Of a DNA stretch of 64,000 nt, positions 28,101 to 41,001 are shown piece by piece. Within the stretch, counting starts at the first letter, position 1; the number at the start of each line of letters is the position of its first letter. The position numbers and the translations under genes were made by a program. This stretch comes from Eledone cirrhosa. Lineage: Eukaryota. Location: the NCBI GenBank assembly GCA_964016885.1, contig OZ024740.1:211482001-211546000 (forward strand), given 5' to 3'. The notes below the pieces were generated by a model, which saw only the letters and a list, made by a program, of their open reading frames with translations, was not told the DNA's origin and did no database searches.

Positions 28101-31100
28101 GGGCTCTGTTTAACTGTCAATCTCTCAACTCTGTTGTGCTTTATGTTGGGGCTCTGTTTAACTGTCAATCTCTCAACTCTGTTGTGCTCTATGTTGGGGC
28201 TCTGTTTAGCTGTCAATCTCTCAACTCTGTTGTGCTCTATGCCGGGGCTCTGTTTAACTGTCAGTCTCTCAACCTAGGTGTGCTCTATGTTGGGGCTCTG
28301 TTTAACTGTCAATCTCTCAACTCTGTTGTGCTCTATGTTGGGGCTCTGTTTAACTGTCAATCTCTCAACTCAGGTGTGCGTTATGCTGGGGCTCTGTTTA
28401 ACTGTCAATCTCTCAACTCTGTTGTGCTCTATGTTGGGGCTCTGTTTAACTGTCAATCTCTCAACTCAGGTGTGCTCTATATTGGGGCTCTGTTTAACTG
28501 TCAATCTCTCAACTCTGGTGTGCTCTATGTTGGGGCTCTGTTTAACTGTCAATCTCTCAACTCAGGTGTGCTCTATGTTGGGGCTCTGTTTAACTGTCAA
28601 TCTCTCAATTCTGTTGTGTTTTATGTTGGGGCTCTGTTTAGCTGTCAATCTCTCAACCCAGGTCTGCTCTATGTTGGGGCTCTGTTTAACTGTCAATCTC
28701 TCAACCCAGGTGTGCTCTATGTTGGGGCTCTGTTTAACTGTCAATCTCTCAACTCTGTTGTGCTTTATGTTGGGGCTCTGTTTAACTGTCAATCTCTCAA
28801 CCCAGGTGTGCTCTATGTTGGGCTCTGTTTAACTGTCAATCTCTCAACTCTGTTGTGCTTTATGTTGGGGCTCTGTTTAACTGTCAATCTCTCAACTCTG
28901 TTGTGCTCTATGTTGGGGCTCTGTTTAACTGTCAATCTCTCAACTCAGGTGTGCTCTATGTCGGGGCTCTGTTTAACTGTCAATCTCTCAACTCAGGTGT
29001 GCTCTATGTTGGGGCACTGTTTAACTGTCAATCTCTCAACCCGGGTGTGCTCTATGTTGGGCTCTGTTTAACTGTCAATCTCTCAACTCTGTTGTGCTTT
29101 ATGTTGGGGCTCTGTTTAACTGTCAATCTCTCAACTCTGTTGTGCTCTATGTTGGGGCTCTGTTTAAATGTCAATCTCTCAACCCAGGTGTGCTCTATGT
29201 TGGGGCTCTGTTTAACTGTCAATCTCTCAACTCAGGTGTGCGTTATGCTGGGGCTCTGTTTAACTGTCAATCTCTCAACTCAGGTGTGCTCTACGTTGGG
29301 GCTCTGTTTAAACTGTCAATCTCTCAACTCTGTTGTGCTTTATGTTGGGGCTCTGTTTAACTGTCAATTTCTCAACTCTGTTGTGCTTTATGTTGGGGCT
29401 CTGTTTAACTGTCAATCTCTCAACCCAGGTGTGCTCTATGTTGGGGCTCTGTTTAACTGTCAATCTCTCAACTCTGTTGTGCTTTATGTTGGGGCTCTGT
29501 TTAACTGTCAATCTCTCAACTCTGTTGTGCTTTATGTTGGGGCTCTGTTTAACTGTCAATCTCTCAACTCTGGTGTGCTCTATGTTGTGGCTCTGTTAAA
29601 CTGTCAATCTCTCAACTCATGTCTGCTCTATGTTGGGGCTCTGTTTAACTGTCAATCTCTCAACCCAGGTGTGCTCTATGTTGGGGCTCTGTTTAACTGT
29701 CAATCTCTCAACTCAGGTGTGCTCTATGTTGGGGCTCTGTTTAACTGTGAATCTCTCAACTCTGTTGTGATTTATGTTGGGGCTCTGTTTAACTGTCAAT
29801 CTCTCAATGCTGGTGTGCACTATGTTGGGGCTCTGTTTAACTGTCAATCTCTCAATTCTGTTGTGTTTTATGCTGGGGCTCTGTTTAGCTGCCAATCTCT
29901 CAACCCAGGTCTGCTCTATGTTGGGACTCTGTTTAACTGTCAATCTCTCAACCCAGGTGTGCTCTATGTTAGGGCTCTGTTTAACTGTCAATCTCTCAAC
30001 TCTGTTGTGCTTTATGTTGGGGCTCTGTTTAAACTGTCAATCTCTCAACTCTGTTGTGCTTTATGTTGGGGCTCTGTTTAACTGTCAATCTCTCAACTCT
30101 GTTGTGCTTTATGTTGGGGCTCTGTTTAACTGTCAATCTCTCAACCCAGGTGTGCTCTATGTTGGGGCTCTGTTTAACTGTCAATCTCTCAACTCTGTTG
30201 TGCTTTATGTTGGGGCTCTGTATAACTGTCAATCTCTCAACTCTGTTGTGCTTTATGTTGGGGCTCTGTTTAACTGTCAATCTCTCAACTCAGGTGTGCT
30301 CTATGTTGTGGCTCTGTTTATCTGTCAATCTCTCAACTCAGGTGTGCTCTATGTTGGGGCTCTGTTTAACTGTCAATCTCTCAACTCAGGTGTGCTCTAT
30401 GTTGGGCTCTGTTTAACTGTCAATCTCTCAACCCAGGTGTGCTCTATGTTGGGGCTCTGTTTAACTCTCAATCTCTCAACTCAGGTGTGTTTTATGTTGG
30501 GGCTCTGTTTAACTGTCAATCTCTCAACTCAGGTGTGCTCTATGTTGGGGCTCTGTTTAACTGTCAATCTCTCAACTCTGGTGTGCACTATGTTGGGGCT
30601 CTGTTTAACTGTCAATCTCTCAACTCTGTTGTGCTTTATGTTGGGGCTCTGTTTAACTGTCAATCTCTCAACTCTGGTGTGCTCTATGTTGGGGCTCTGT
30701 TTAAACTGTCAATCTCTCAACTCTGTTGTGCTTTATAGTGGGGCTCTGTTTAACTGTCAATCTCTCAACTTAGGTGTGCTCTATGTTGGGGCTCTGTTTA
30801 ACTGTCAATCTCTCAACTCTGTTGTGCTTTATGTTGGGGTTCTGTTTAACTGTCAATCTCTTAACCCAGGTGTGCTCTATGTTGGGGCTCTGTTTAACTG
30901 TCAATCTCTCAACCCAGGTGTGCTCTATGTTGGGGCTCTGTTTAACTGTCAATCTCTCAACTCTGTTGTGCTTTATGTTGGGGCTCTGTTTAACTGTCAA
31001 TCTCTCAACTCAGGTGTGCTCTATGTTGTGGCTCTGTTTAACTGTCAATCTCTCAACTCAGGTCTGCTCTATGTTGGGGCTCTGTTTAACTGTCAATCTC

Positions 31101-34100
31101 TCAACTCTGTTGTGCTTTATGTTGGGGCTCTGTTTAACTGTCAATCTCTCAACTCAGGTGTGCTCTATGTTGGGGCTCTGTTTAACTGTCAATCTCTCAA
31201 CTCTGTTGTGCTCTATGTTGGGGCTCTGTTTAACTGTCAATCTCTCAACTCTGTTGTGCTCTATGTGGGGGCTCTGTTTAACTGTCAATCTCTCAACTCT
31301 GTTGTGCTCTATGTTGGGGCTCTGCTTAACTGTCAATCTCTCAACTCTGTTGTCCTCTATGTTGGGGCTCTGTTTAACTGTCAATCTCTCAACTCTGTTG
31401 TGCTCTATGTTGGGGCTCTGTTTAGCTGTCAATCTCTCAATTCTGTTGTATTTTATGTTGGGGCTCTGTTTAACCGTCAATCTCTCAACTCAGGTGTGCT
31501 CTATGTTGGGCTCTGTTTAAATGTCAATCTCTCAACCCAGGTGTGCTCTATGTTGGGGCTCTGTTTAACTGTCAATCTCTCAACTCAGGTGTGCTCTATG
31601 TTGGGGCTCTGTTTAACTGTCAATCTCTTAATTCTGTTGAGCTCTATGTTGGGGCTCTGTTTAACTGTCAATCTCTCAACTCAGGTGTGCTCTATGTTGG
31701 GGCTCTGTTTAACTCTCAATCTCTCAATTCTGTTGAGCTCTATGTTGGGGCTCTGTTTAACTGTCAATCTCTCAACCCAGGTGTGCTCTATGTTGGGGCT
31801 CTGTTTAACTGTCAATCTCTCAATTCTGTTGAGCTCTATGTTGGAGCTCTGTTTAACTGTCAATCTCTCAACTCTGGTGTGCTCTATGTTGGGGCTCTGT
31901 TTAACTGTCAATCTCTCAACCCAGGTGTGCTCTATGTTGGGGCTCTGTTTAACTGTCAATCTCTCAACCCAGGTGTGCTCTATGTTGGGGCTCTGTTCAA
32001 CTGTCAATCTCTCAACTCTGTTGTGCTCTATGCTGGGGCTCTGTTTAACTGGCAATCTCTCAACCCAGGTGTGCTCTATGTTGGGGCTCTGTTTAACTGT
32101 CAATCTCTTAACTCTGTTGTGTTTTATGTTGGGGCTCTGTTCAACTGTCAATCTCTCAACTCTGTTGTGCTCTATGCTGGGGCTCTGTTTAACTGTCAAT
32201 CTCTCAACTCTGTTGTGTTTTATGTTGGGGCTCTGTTTAACTGTCAATCTCTCAACTCAGGTGTGCTCTATGTTGGGGCTCTGTTTAGCTGTCAATCTCT
32301 CAATTCTGTTGAGCTCTATGTTGGGGCTCTGTTTAACTGTCAATCTCTCAATTCTGTTGAGCTCTATGTTGGGGCTCTGTTTAACTGTCAATCTCTCAAC
32401 TCAAGTGTGCTCTATGTTGGGGCTCTGTTTAACTGTCAATCTCTCAACTCAGGTGTGCTCTATGTTGGGGCTCTGTTTAACTGTCAATCTCTTAATTCTG
32501 TTGAGCTCTATGTTGGGGCTCTGTTTAACTGTCAATCTCTCAACTCAGGTGTGCTCTATGTTGGGGCTCTGTTTAACTCTCAATCTCTTAATTCTGTTGA
32601 GCTCTATGTTGGGGCTCTGTTTAACTGTAAATCTCTCAACTCTGGTGTGCTCTATGTTGGGGCTCTGTTTAACTGTCAATCTCTCAACCCAGGTGTGCTC
32701 TATGTTGGGGCTCTGTTTAACTGTCAATCTCTCAACTCAGGTGTGCTCTATGTTGGGCTCTGTTTAACTGTCAATCTCTCAACACAGGCGTGCTTTATGT
32801 TGGGGCTCTGTTTAACTGTCAATCTCTCAACTCAGGTGTGCTCTATGTTGGGGCTCTGTTCAACTGTCAATCTCTCAACTCTGTTGTGCTTTATGTTGGG
32901 GCTCTGTTTAACTGTCAATCTCTCAACTCAGGTGTGCTCTATGTTGTGGCTCTGTTTAACTGTCAATCTCTCAACTCAGGTCTGCTCTATGTTGGGGCTC
33001 TGTTTAACTGTCAATCTCTTAACTCTGTTGTGCTTTATGTTGGGGCTCTGTTTAACTGTCAATCTCTCAACTCAGGTGTGCTCTATGTTGGGGCTCTGTT
33101 TAACTGTCAATCTCTCAACTCTGTTGTGCTCTATGTTGGGGCTCTGTTTAACTGTCAATCTCTCAACTCTGTTGTGCTCTATGTGGGGGCTCTGTTTAAC
33201 TGTCAATCTCTCAACTCTGTTGTGCTCTATGTTGGGGCTCTGCTTAACTGTCAATCTCTCAACTCTGTTGTGCTCTATGTTGGGGCTCTGTTTAACTGTC
33301 AATCTCTCAACTCTGTTGTGCTCTATGTTGGGGCTCTGTTTAACTGTCAATCTCTCAACTCTGTTGTGCTCTATGTGGGGGCTCTGTTTAACTGTCAATC
33401 TCTCAACTCTGTTGTGCTCTATGTTGGGGCTCTGCTTAACTGTCAATCTCTCAACTCTGTTGTCCTCTATGTTGGGGCTCTGTTTAACTGTCAATCTCTC
33501 AACTCTGTTGTGCTCTATGTTGGGGCTCTGTTTAGCTGTCAATCTCTCAATTCTGTTGTATTTTATGTTGGGGCTCTGTTTAACCGTCAATCTCTCAACT
33601 CAGGTGTGCTCTATGTTGGGCTCTGTTTAAATGTCAATCTCTCAACCCAGGTGTGCTCTATGTTGGGGCTCTATTTAACTGTCAATCTCTCAACTCAGGT
33701 GTGCTCTATGTTGGGGCTCTGTTTAACTGTCAATCTCTTAATTCTGTTGAGCTCTATGTTGGGGCTCTGTTTAACTGTCAATCTCTCAACTCAGGTGTGC
33801 TCTATGTTGGGGCTCTGTTTAACTCTCAATCTCTCAATTCTGTTGAGCTCTATGTTGGGGCTCTGTTTAACTGTCAATCTCTCAACCCAGGTGTGCTCTA
33901 TGTTGGGGCTCTGTTTAACTGTCAATCTCTCAATTCTGTTGAGCTCTATGTTGGGGCTCTGTTTAACTGTCAATCTCTCAACTCTGGTGTGCTCTATGTT
34001 GGGGCTCTGTTTAACTGTCAATCTCTCAACCCAGGTGTGCTCTATGTTGGGGCTCTGTTTAACTGTCAATCTCTCAACCCAGGTGTGCTCTATGTTGGGG

Positions 34101-37100
34101 CTCTGTTCAACTGTCAATCTCTCAACTCTGTTGTGCTCTATGCTGGGGCTCTGTTTAACTGTCAATCTCTCAACCCAGGTGTGCTCTATGTTGGGGCTCT
34201 GTTTAACTGTCAATCTCTTAACTCTGTTGTGTTTTATGTTGGGGCTCTGTTCAACTGTCAATCTCTCAACTCTGTTGTGCTCTATGCTGGGGCTCTGTTT
34301 AACTGTCAATCTCTCAACTCTGTTGTGTTTTATGTTGGGGCTCTGTTTAACTGTCAATCTCTCAACTCAGGTGTGCTCTATGTTGGGGCTCTGTTTAGCT
34401 GTCAATCTCTCAATTCTGTTGAGCTCTATGTTGGGGCTCTGTTTAACTGTCAATCTCTCAATTCTGTTGAGCTCTATGTTGGGGCTCTGTTTAACTGTCA
34501 ATCTCTCAACTCAGGTGTGCTCTATGTTGGGGCTCTGTTTAACTGTCAATCTCTCAACTCAGGTGTGCTCTATGTTGGGGCTCTGTTTAACTGTCAATCT
34601 CTTAATTCTGTTGAGCTCTATGTTGGGGCTCTGTTTAACTGTCAATCTCTCAACTCAGGTGTGCTCTATGTTGGGGCTCTGTTTAACTGTCAATCTCTCA
34701 ACCCAGGTGTGCTCTATGTTGGGGCTCTGTTTAACTGTCAATCTCTCAACTCAGGTGTGCTCTATGTTGGGCTCTGTTTAACTGTCAATCTCTCAACACA
34801 GGCGTGCTTTATGTTGGGGCTCTGTTTAACTGTCAATCTCTCAACTCAGGTGTGCTCTATGTTGGGGCTCTGTTCAACTGTCAATCTCTCAACTCTGTTG
34901 TGCTTTATGTTGGGGCTCTGTTTAACTGTCAATCTCTCAACTCAGGTGTGCTCTATGTTGTGGCTCTGTTTAACTGTCAATCTCTCAACTCAGGTCTGCT
35001 CTATGTTGGGGCTCTGTTTAACTGTCAATCTCTTAACTCTGTTGTGCTTTATGTTGGGGCTCTGTTTAACTGTCAATCTCTCAACTCAGGTGTGCTCTAT
35101 GTTGGGGCTCTGTTTAACTGTCAATCTCTCAACTCTGTTGTGCTCTATGTTGGGGCTCTGTTTAACTGTCAATCTCTCAACTCTGTTGTGCTCTATGTGG
35201 GGGCTCTGTTTAACTGTCAATCTCTCAACTCTGTTGTGCTCTATGTTGGGGCTCTGCTTAACTGTCAATCTCTCAACTCTGTTGTGCTCTATGTTGGGGC
35301 TCTGTTTAACTGTCAATCTCTCAACTCTGTTGTGCTCTATGTTGGGGCTCTGTTTAGCTGTCAATCTCTCAATTCTGTTGTATTTTATGTTGGGGCTCTG
35401 TTTAACTGTCAATCTCTCAACTCAGGTGTGCTCTATGTTGGGCTCTGTTTAAATGTCAATCTCTCAACCCAGGTGTGCTCTATGTTGGGGCTCTGTTTAA
35501 CTGTCAATCTCTCAACTCAGGTGTGCTCTATGTTGGGGCTCTGTTTAACTGTCAATCTCTTAATTCTGTTGAGCTCTATGTTGGGGTTCTGTTTAACTGT
35601 CAATCTCTCAACTCAGGTGTGCTCTATGTTGGGGCTCTGTTTAACTCTCAATCTCTCAATTCTGTTGAGCTCTATGTTGGGGCTCTGTTTAACTGTCAAT
35701 CTCTCAACCCAGGTGTGCTCTATGTTGGGGCTCTGTTTAACTGTCAATCTCTCAATTCTGTTGAGCTCTATGTTGGGGCTCTGTTTAACTGTCAATCTCT
35801 CAACTCTGGTGTGCTCTATGTTGGGGCTCTGTTTAACTGTCAATCTCTCAACCCAGGTGTGCTCTATGTTGGGGCTCTGTTTAACTGTCAATCTCTCAAC
35901 CCAGGTGTGCTCTATGTTGGGGCTCTGTTCAACTGTCAATCTCTCAACTCTGTTGTGCTCTATGCTGGGGCTCTGTTTAACTGTCAATCTCTCAACCCAG
36001 GTGTGCTCTATGTTGGGGCTCTGTTTAACTGTCAATCTCTTAACTCTGTTGTGTTTTATGTTGGGGCTCTGTTCAACTGTCAATCTCTCAACTCTGTTGT
36101 GCTCTATGCTGGGGCTCTGTTTAACTGTCAATCTCTCAACTCTGTTGTGTTTTATGTTGGGGCTCTGTTTAACTGTCAATCTCTCAACTCAGGTGTGCTC
36201 TATGTTGGGGCTCTGTTTAGCTGTCAATCTCTCAATTCTGTTGAGCTCTATGTTGGGGCTCTGTTTAACTGTCAATCTCTCAATTCTGTTGAGCTCTATG
36301 TTGGGGCTCTGTTTAACTGTCAATCTCTCAACTCAGGTGTGCTCTATGTTGGGGCTCTGTTTAACTGTCAATCTCTCAACTCAGGTGTGCTCTATGTTGG
36401 GGCTCTGTTTAACTGTCAATCTCTTAATTCTGTTGAGCTCTATGTTGGGGCTCTGTTTAACTGTCAATCTCTCAACTCAGGTGTGCTCTATGTTGGGGCT
36501 CTGTTTAACTCTCAATCTCTCAATTCTGTTGAGCTCTATGTTGGGGCTCTGTTTAACTGTCAATCTCTCAACTCTGGTGTGCTCTATGTTGGGGCTCTGT
36601 TTAACTGTCAATCTCTCAACCCAGGTGTGCTCTATGTTGGGGCTCTGTTTAACTGTCAATCTCTCAACTCAGGTGTGCTCTATGTTGGGCTCTGTTTAAC
36701 TGTCAATCTCTCAACACAGGCGTGCTCTATGTTGGGGCTCTGTTTAACTGTCAATCTCTCAACTCAGGTGTGCTCTATGTTGGGGCTCTATTTAACAGTC
36801 AATCTCTCAACTCAGGTGTGCTCTATGTTGGGGCTCTGTTTAGCTGTCAATCTCTCAATTCTGTTGAGCTCTATGTTGGGGCTCTGTTTAGCTGTCAATC
36901 TCTCAATTCTGTTGAGCTCTATGTTGGGGCTCTGTTTAACTGTCAATCTCTCAACTCAGGTGTGCTCTATGTTGGGACTCTATTTAACTGTTAATCTCCC
37001 AACTCTGTTGTGCTCTATGTTGGGGCTCTGTTTAACTGTCAATCTCTCAACTCAGGTGTGCTCTATGTTGGAGCTCTGTTTAACTGTCAATCTCTCAACT

Positions 37101-37590
37101 CAGGTGTGCTCTATGTTGGGGCTCTATTTAACAGTCTATCTCTCAACTCAGGTGTGCTCTATGTTGGGGCTCTGTTTAACTGTCAATCTCTCAACCCAGG
37201 TGTGCTCTATGTTGGGGCTCTGTTTAGCTGTCAATCTCTCAATTCTCTTGAGCTCTATGTTGGGGCTCTGTTTAACTGTCAATCACTCAACTCAGGTGTG
37301 CTCTATGTTGGGGCTCTGTTTAACTGTCAATCTCTCAACTCTGGCGTGCTCTATGTTGGGGCTCTGTTTAACTGTCAATCTCTCAACTCAGGTGTGCTCT
37401 ATGTTGGGGCTCTGTTTAACTGTCAATCTCTCAAGTCAGGTGTGCTCTATGTTGGGGCTCTGTTTAACTGTCAATCTCTCAACTCTGTTGTGCTCTATGT
37501 TGGGGCTCTGTTTAACTGTCAATCTCTCAACTCAGGTGTGCTCTATGTTGGGGCTCTGTTTAACTGTCAATCTATCAACTGTTGTGTTTT
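4156..37590. repeat. Giant 48-bp tandem repeat array (~33.4 kb, ~700 units) with higher-order structure
   Basis: Unit tgtttaactgtcaatctctcaactcaggtgtgctctatgttggggctc repeated head-to-tail. There are 47-bp (ttgggctc) and 49-bp (tttaaactg) variants, and the edges are degenerate. Confidence 0.99.
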
Positions 37591-38049
37591 ATGTGTTTCT
37601 TTCTGTACAATAATTAACCTAACTGCTGTCAGCTCTATCAATGGTCATTCATATAGAAATAATATTATTGACCATTCCTTCCTTTCCACATATTAGTGTC
37701 ATCAACATGCTACCTAACCACTTCATGTACATGGAAGCATTTTATGTCAGCATGTAGTGTCTCCATGTACAGAGTCCTCAAAAATAATCTACATAAGAGG
37801 AATGACAATCTTGTCACCTTCAGCAGACAAAATCACTGAGACATATCATGGAAACATTCTATACCTCACTTTTTTTTAGCCTTTGACAACATGTAACTAA
37901 AAGTACTGCACATTCTAGGCCCCATAATTATTGAATATCTCGCATGTTGACCTCACATTAATAAGAACCCTTAGCTCTTAGCTAATAAATACATAAGGCC
38001 TGGACAATTTCCCAAGTGAGACTTACAGCATTCAGTAATCACAAGAAGG

Positions 38050-38460
38050 GAGATAGGTGTAAAAGCCAAACTAAAAAAATATGATCGCAAATACAAGCAG
38101 CTGAAATGAGTTCCTCCAAAAGGTCTTTGGAGTAATGTTACTCAATAGAGTATGTAACTTGGAGATCAGGGAGTCACTCCAGGTAGAGTCACTACTTCTC
38201 TTAATTAAGGAATGACAGCTCCTATACTATGGTCATGTGGTTAGAAGGTCTCAGGAAAGAATCACTGGACATATTATACGGGCAAATCCAACCAATAGGA
38301 GACCCAAGGGTAGACCCTAAGCAAGATGGTTGGATAACATCCATGTGTTTGACTACTCAGGTTTGGGAATCCAGTAGGATCAGTTGGAGACGGTTGTTTC
38401 TGACAGGACTTACTGGAAGGGACATGTACAGATACTTAAGTTTCATTCACCCCAACACAG
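38050..38460 (+). mobile_element. RTE-clade LINE 3' fragment (same family as the 123-bp satellite and 52720)
   Basis: Broken translation IQAAEM...EIRESLQVESLL..QLLYYGHVVR.SQERIT...RRPKGRP..RWLDNI is the typical RTE ORF C-terminus. Confidence 0.85.
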
Positions 38461-38689
38461 TCAACCAGTTAATTTAAAATAAAAATGGCTATCTATTGTG
38501 TCGTTTGCTTTGTTATTTCTGTTCACTTTGTACATACATTTATAATATATATAGTGTAGGTTTTCAGTGAATACCAAACCAAGCACTCTATACACATATC
38601 TGCGAAATGTGCATAACAGGTCAATACACAATGAAAATCTAAATACATGTAAATGAAACTTCCTCATTCTTTTTAATATATAATATATA

Positions 38690-38690
38690 T

Positions 38691-38770
<80 letters not shown>
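38690..38770. repeat. (TA)n microsatellite; others at 40667-40708, 42453-42492, 48450-48517 and 52069-52129
   Basis: Direct reading. Confidence 0.95.
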
Positions 38771-38773
<3 letters not shown>

Positions 38774-40664
38774 TTAATTATGCTAATTGGGAGGGGAAAA
38801 GGTATATATTTTATCTGGTGATTCTATAGACATGTTTTATGATATATAGCTCTGATTATTTAATCTATTAACTTTTCATTGAGCCACAAAGTGACCCGTT
38901 GCAAAACACGTATATATATATATGTATATATATATATGTATATGTAAACCTTTATATGTAATAATCTCCCGTTAGGTTGAGATACAAATTTGGCTGTATT
39001 GTGCTGCGCTTTCTAGCAAAAAGCCACCAGCCGTAAGCAACTAACAACACTCCTTCCAACCTGACCGCTGCTACGTCACGATTCTTAGCCATTTTTGAAT
39101 GTATTCTTGGCGCGATCACTTTGGAAAATTTATTGTCTAGATCTGAGCTAACTCCTGAAGAGTCCGATGCTCAAGGTTCCGAAGTTATCGGATACCTTAA
39201 AATGCGGACGAAACCATGGTCGAGGTAAATAAATGTATTCTCTTTTCTCCTAGTTTATTTTACACCTAATTCTGTTTTACACCTAAAGAAGTTTGTTAAT
39301 GCCGTTAGGTGTTTTTGTGAGATTTCGTGGCCATTTTACCGTCCCGCCACACGGTTGTGTTGCTTATTGTTAAAACAAAGTCAAAGAATCTTCTGTAGAG
39401 TAGGAGTCACCAAATATGGCTGCCACGTCTGACGCCATAATGGTGAGAAAACTACTGTCTCAATTTCTCGCGTCCCTGTGGTAACGAGACAGAAGGTATG
39501 GTGGTTGCGTCGGTAAAGTTACAAGCCGTTTTGAAATTTCCGATGTGTGGTGGTTGGCGTCGGTAAGGTTATGAAGCTGCCTCTCACTGTTCCCTGTATT
39601 GGTCAGTGGTTAAACAACGCTGTCGCTGCTGCTGTCGTTGTTGTTGTCAAGTGTAGCCAGGACATTTCGGTAGCCATCTTGAAATTTTTTCGTGGCGAAA
39701 AAGTTTTTGAAATACTGCCAATTTTTCAAAAAATTTTGAAAGGAATATATTTTATTTTCGCAAGCTGCGAAAAAGGTTGGCAACGTGTCAATAAAAGTTC
39801 AACTGAATGAATAAGAAGGTCTGCGTTAAATTCTTACGTCGGTCACCACTTTAGCAGTATTAGTTATTATTGTAGTCGCCACTTTAACAGGGTAGAGGAT
39901 TGAAGGTCGTTAGTTGCCAGTGTGGTAAGTGATAGTATCCTCGTTGGATTATCTTGTTGACATAGACGTGAGGGAAGGTCCCTCGATCTATTTACCATCT
40001 ATTTACAATATTCCTTTCGTCAGGTCGCCAATTCCAGCAGCATGGATTAAAGATGTTATTGAGACACGAGTAACATAATAATGATTTCAACCGCAGTAAT
40101 TAGAGATGAAATGTTTGTTTATTTATATGGTTGAAGTTACAGATAAAAAGAGGTTACAAAAGGGAATGTGCCATTGCGCCGTTAAGCCGGCGAGGCTAGG
40201 AGTGCAATATCTCACTGTTACATTATGCGTGTTGCTGGCTCGAAGTTTCTGGTACAAGAGAGAGATTCTTCAAATCTTAGCGGGGAATTTCTTCCTCAGG
40301 GCGCGTAGGTATACATCCTCTTCTACTGGCGCTGATTGGCTGAACTGAGCCAAATCACGCACAGAGAATGTATGTGAGCCCGCGGAATGTAGGTCACTAC
40401 AAATGTATTCTCTTTTCTCCTAGTTTATTTTACACCTAATTCTGTTTAATTGACTGTATATCTGGGCGATTACACTGTCGAAATATTCGATAAATATTCA
40501 GTAGCAGCCGGCGCGAAGGGCTGGTTTCGGTTATTTGTTGGAGATTTCTTCATAGAAGCCTTATTCTTATAGCTTGATCTATTCGATTTTTTATATGGTT
40601 AATTATGCTAATTGGGAGAGGAAATGGTATATATTTTATCTGGTGATTCTATAGACATGTTTTA

Positions 40665-40670
<6 letters not shown>
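38771..40670 (+). mobile_element. ORF-less Penelope-like or retrozyme-like element with two pairs of direct repeats
   Basis: ~78-bp repeat A (tggttaattatgctaattggga...catgttttatgatata) at 38771 and 40597. 47-bp repeat B (aaatgtattctcttttctcctagtttattttacacctaattctgttt) at 39231 and 40401. A hammerhead lies immediately before the first B. Bounded by (TA)n on both sides. Confidence 0.55.
39152..39224 (+). ncRNA. Type I hammerhead ribozyme (family 1)
   Basis: ctc-CTGAAGA(39155-61)-gtccg...cggac-GAAA(39210-13)-C-catg-G-TC^gag. Stem III loop is palindromic (CCATGG). Stem II is extended by aaggt-tccga/tcgga-t-acctt. Confidence 0.85.
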
Positions 40671-40712
<42 letters not shown>

Positions 40713-40768
40713 GACGTAAAATAAGAACATTTAAAAAATTAAAAATTAACTTACTTACTGAAATTTTC

Positions 40769-40850
40769 ACTCCAACTAATTAGTTTCTGTAAGGGAGTAA
40801 ATATAGTTACGTAATGTAACTACAGAGAATTCCTTACGTCATCAGGGAGT
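40769..40850 (-). ncRNA. Type I hammerhead ribozyme (family 2, inverted copy)
   Basis: Reverse complement reads actcc-CTGATGA-cgtaagg...ccttaca-GAAA-ctaattag-TT^ggagt. Confidence 0.75.
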
Positions 40851-40919
40851 CTATTCTCAGCTAACTTCCCAGGCAATGCGCGGACACTAGGAACCCATAT
40901 AAAAATAAGCTGAGAATAG

Positions 40920-41001
40920 ACTCCCTGATGACGTAAGGAATTCTCTGTAGTTCCATTACGTAACTATATTTACTCCCTTACAGAAACTAATTAGTTGGAG
41001 T
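40920..41001 (+). ncRNA. Type I hammerhead ribozyme (family 2, copy 1)
   Basis: Stem I actcc/ggagt; CTGATGA at 40925-31; stem II gtaagg/ccttac with inner hairpin; GAAA at 40983-86; palindromic stem III CTAATTAG; predicted cut after 40996. Confidence 0.75.

Noticed and set aside
4156-37590. CRISPR-like array
   Set aside because: No unique spacers, only point variants of one monomer. No cas genes, and the context is eukaryotic.
4156-37696. Very long ORFs (up to 997 aa) of LFNCQSLNSGVLYVGA / CLTVNLSTQVCSMLGL repeats, superficially like BspA-type leucine-rich repeats
   Set aside because: A 48-bp unit that is stop-free in two frames yields these automatically. Frequent 47- and 49-bp units switch frames freely, there are no unique N- or C-terminal domains, and the 16-aa period does not fit LRR_5.
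38771-40670. LTR retrotransposon or TRIM interpretation of the terminal direct repeats
   Set aside because: No clear TG...CA ends, primer-binding site or target-site duplication. The hammerhead and TA-tract boundaries fit Penelope- or retrozyme-type elements better.
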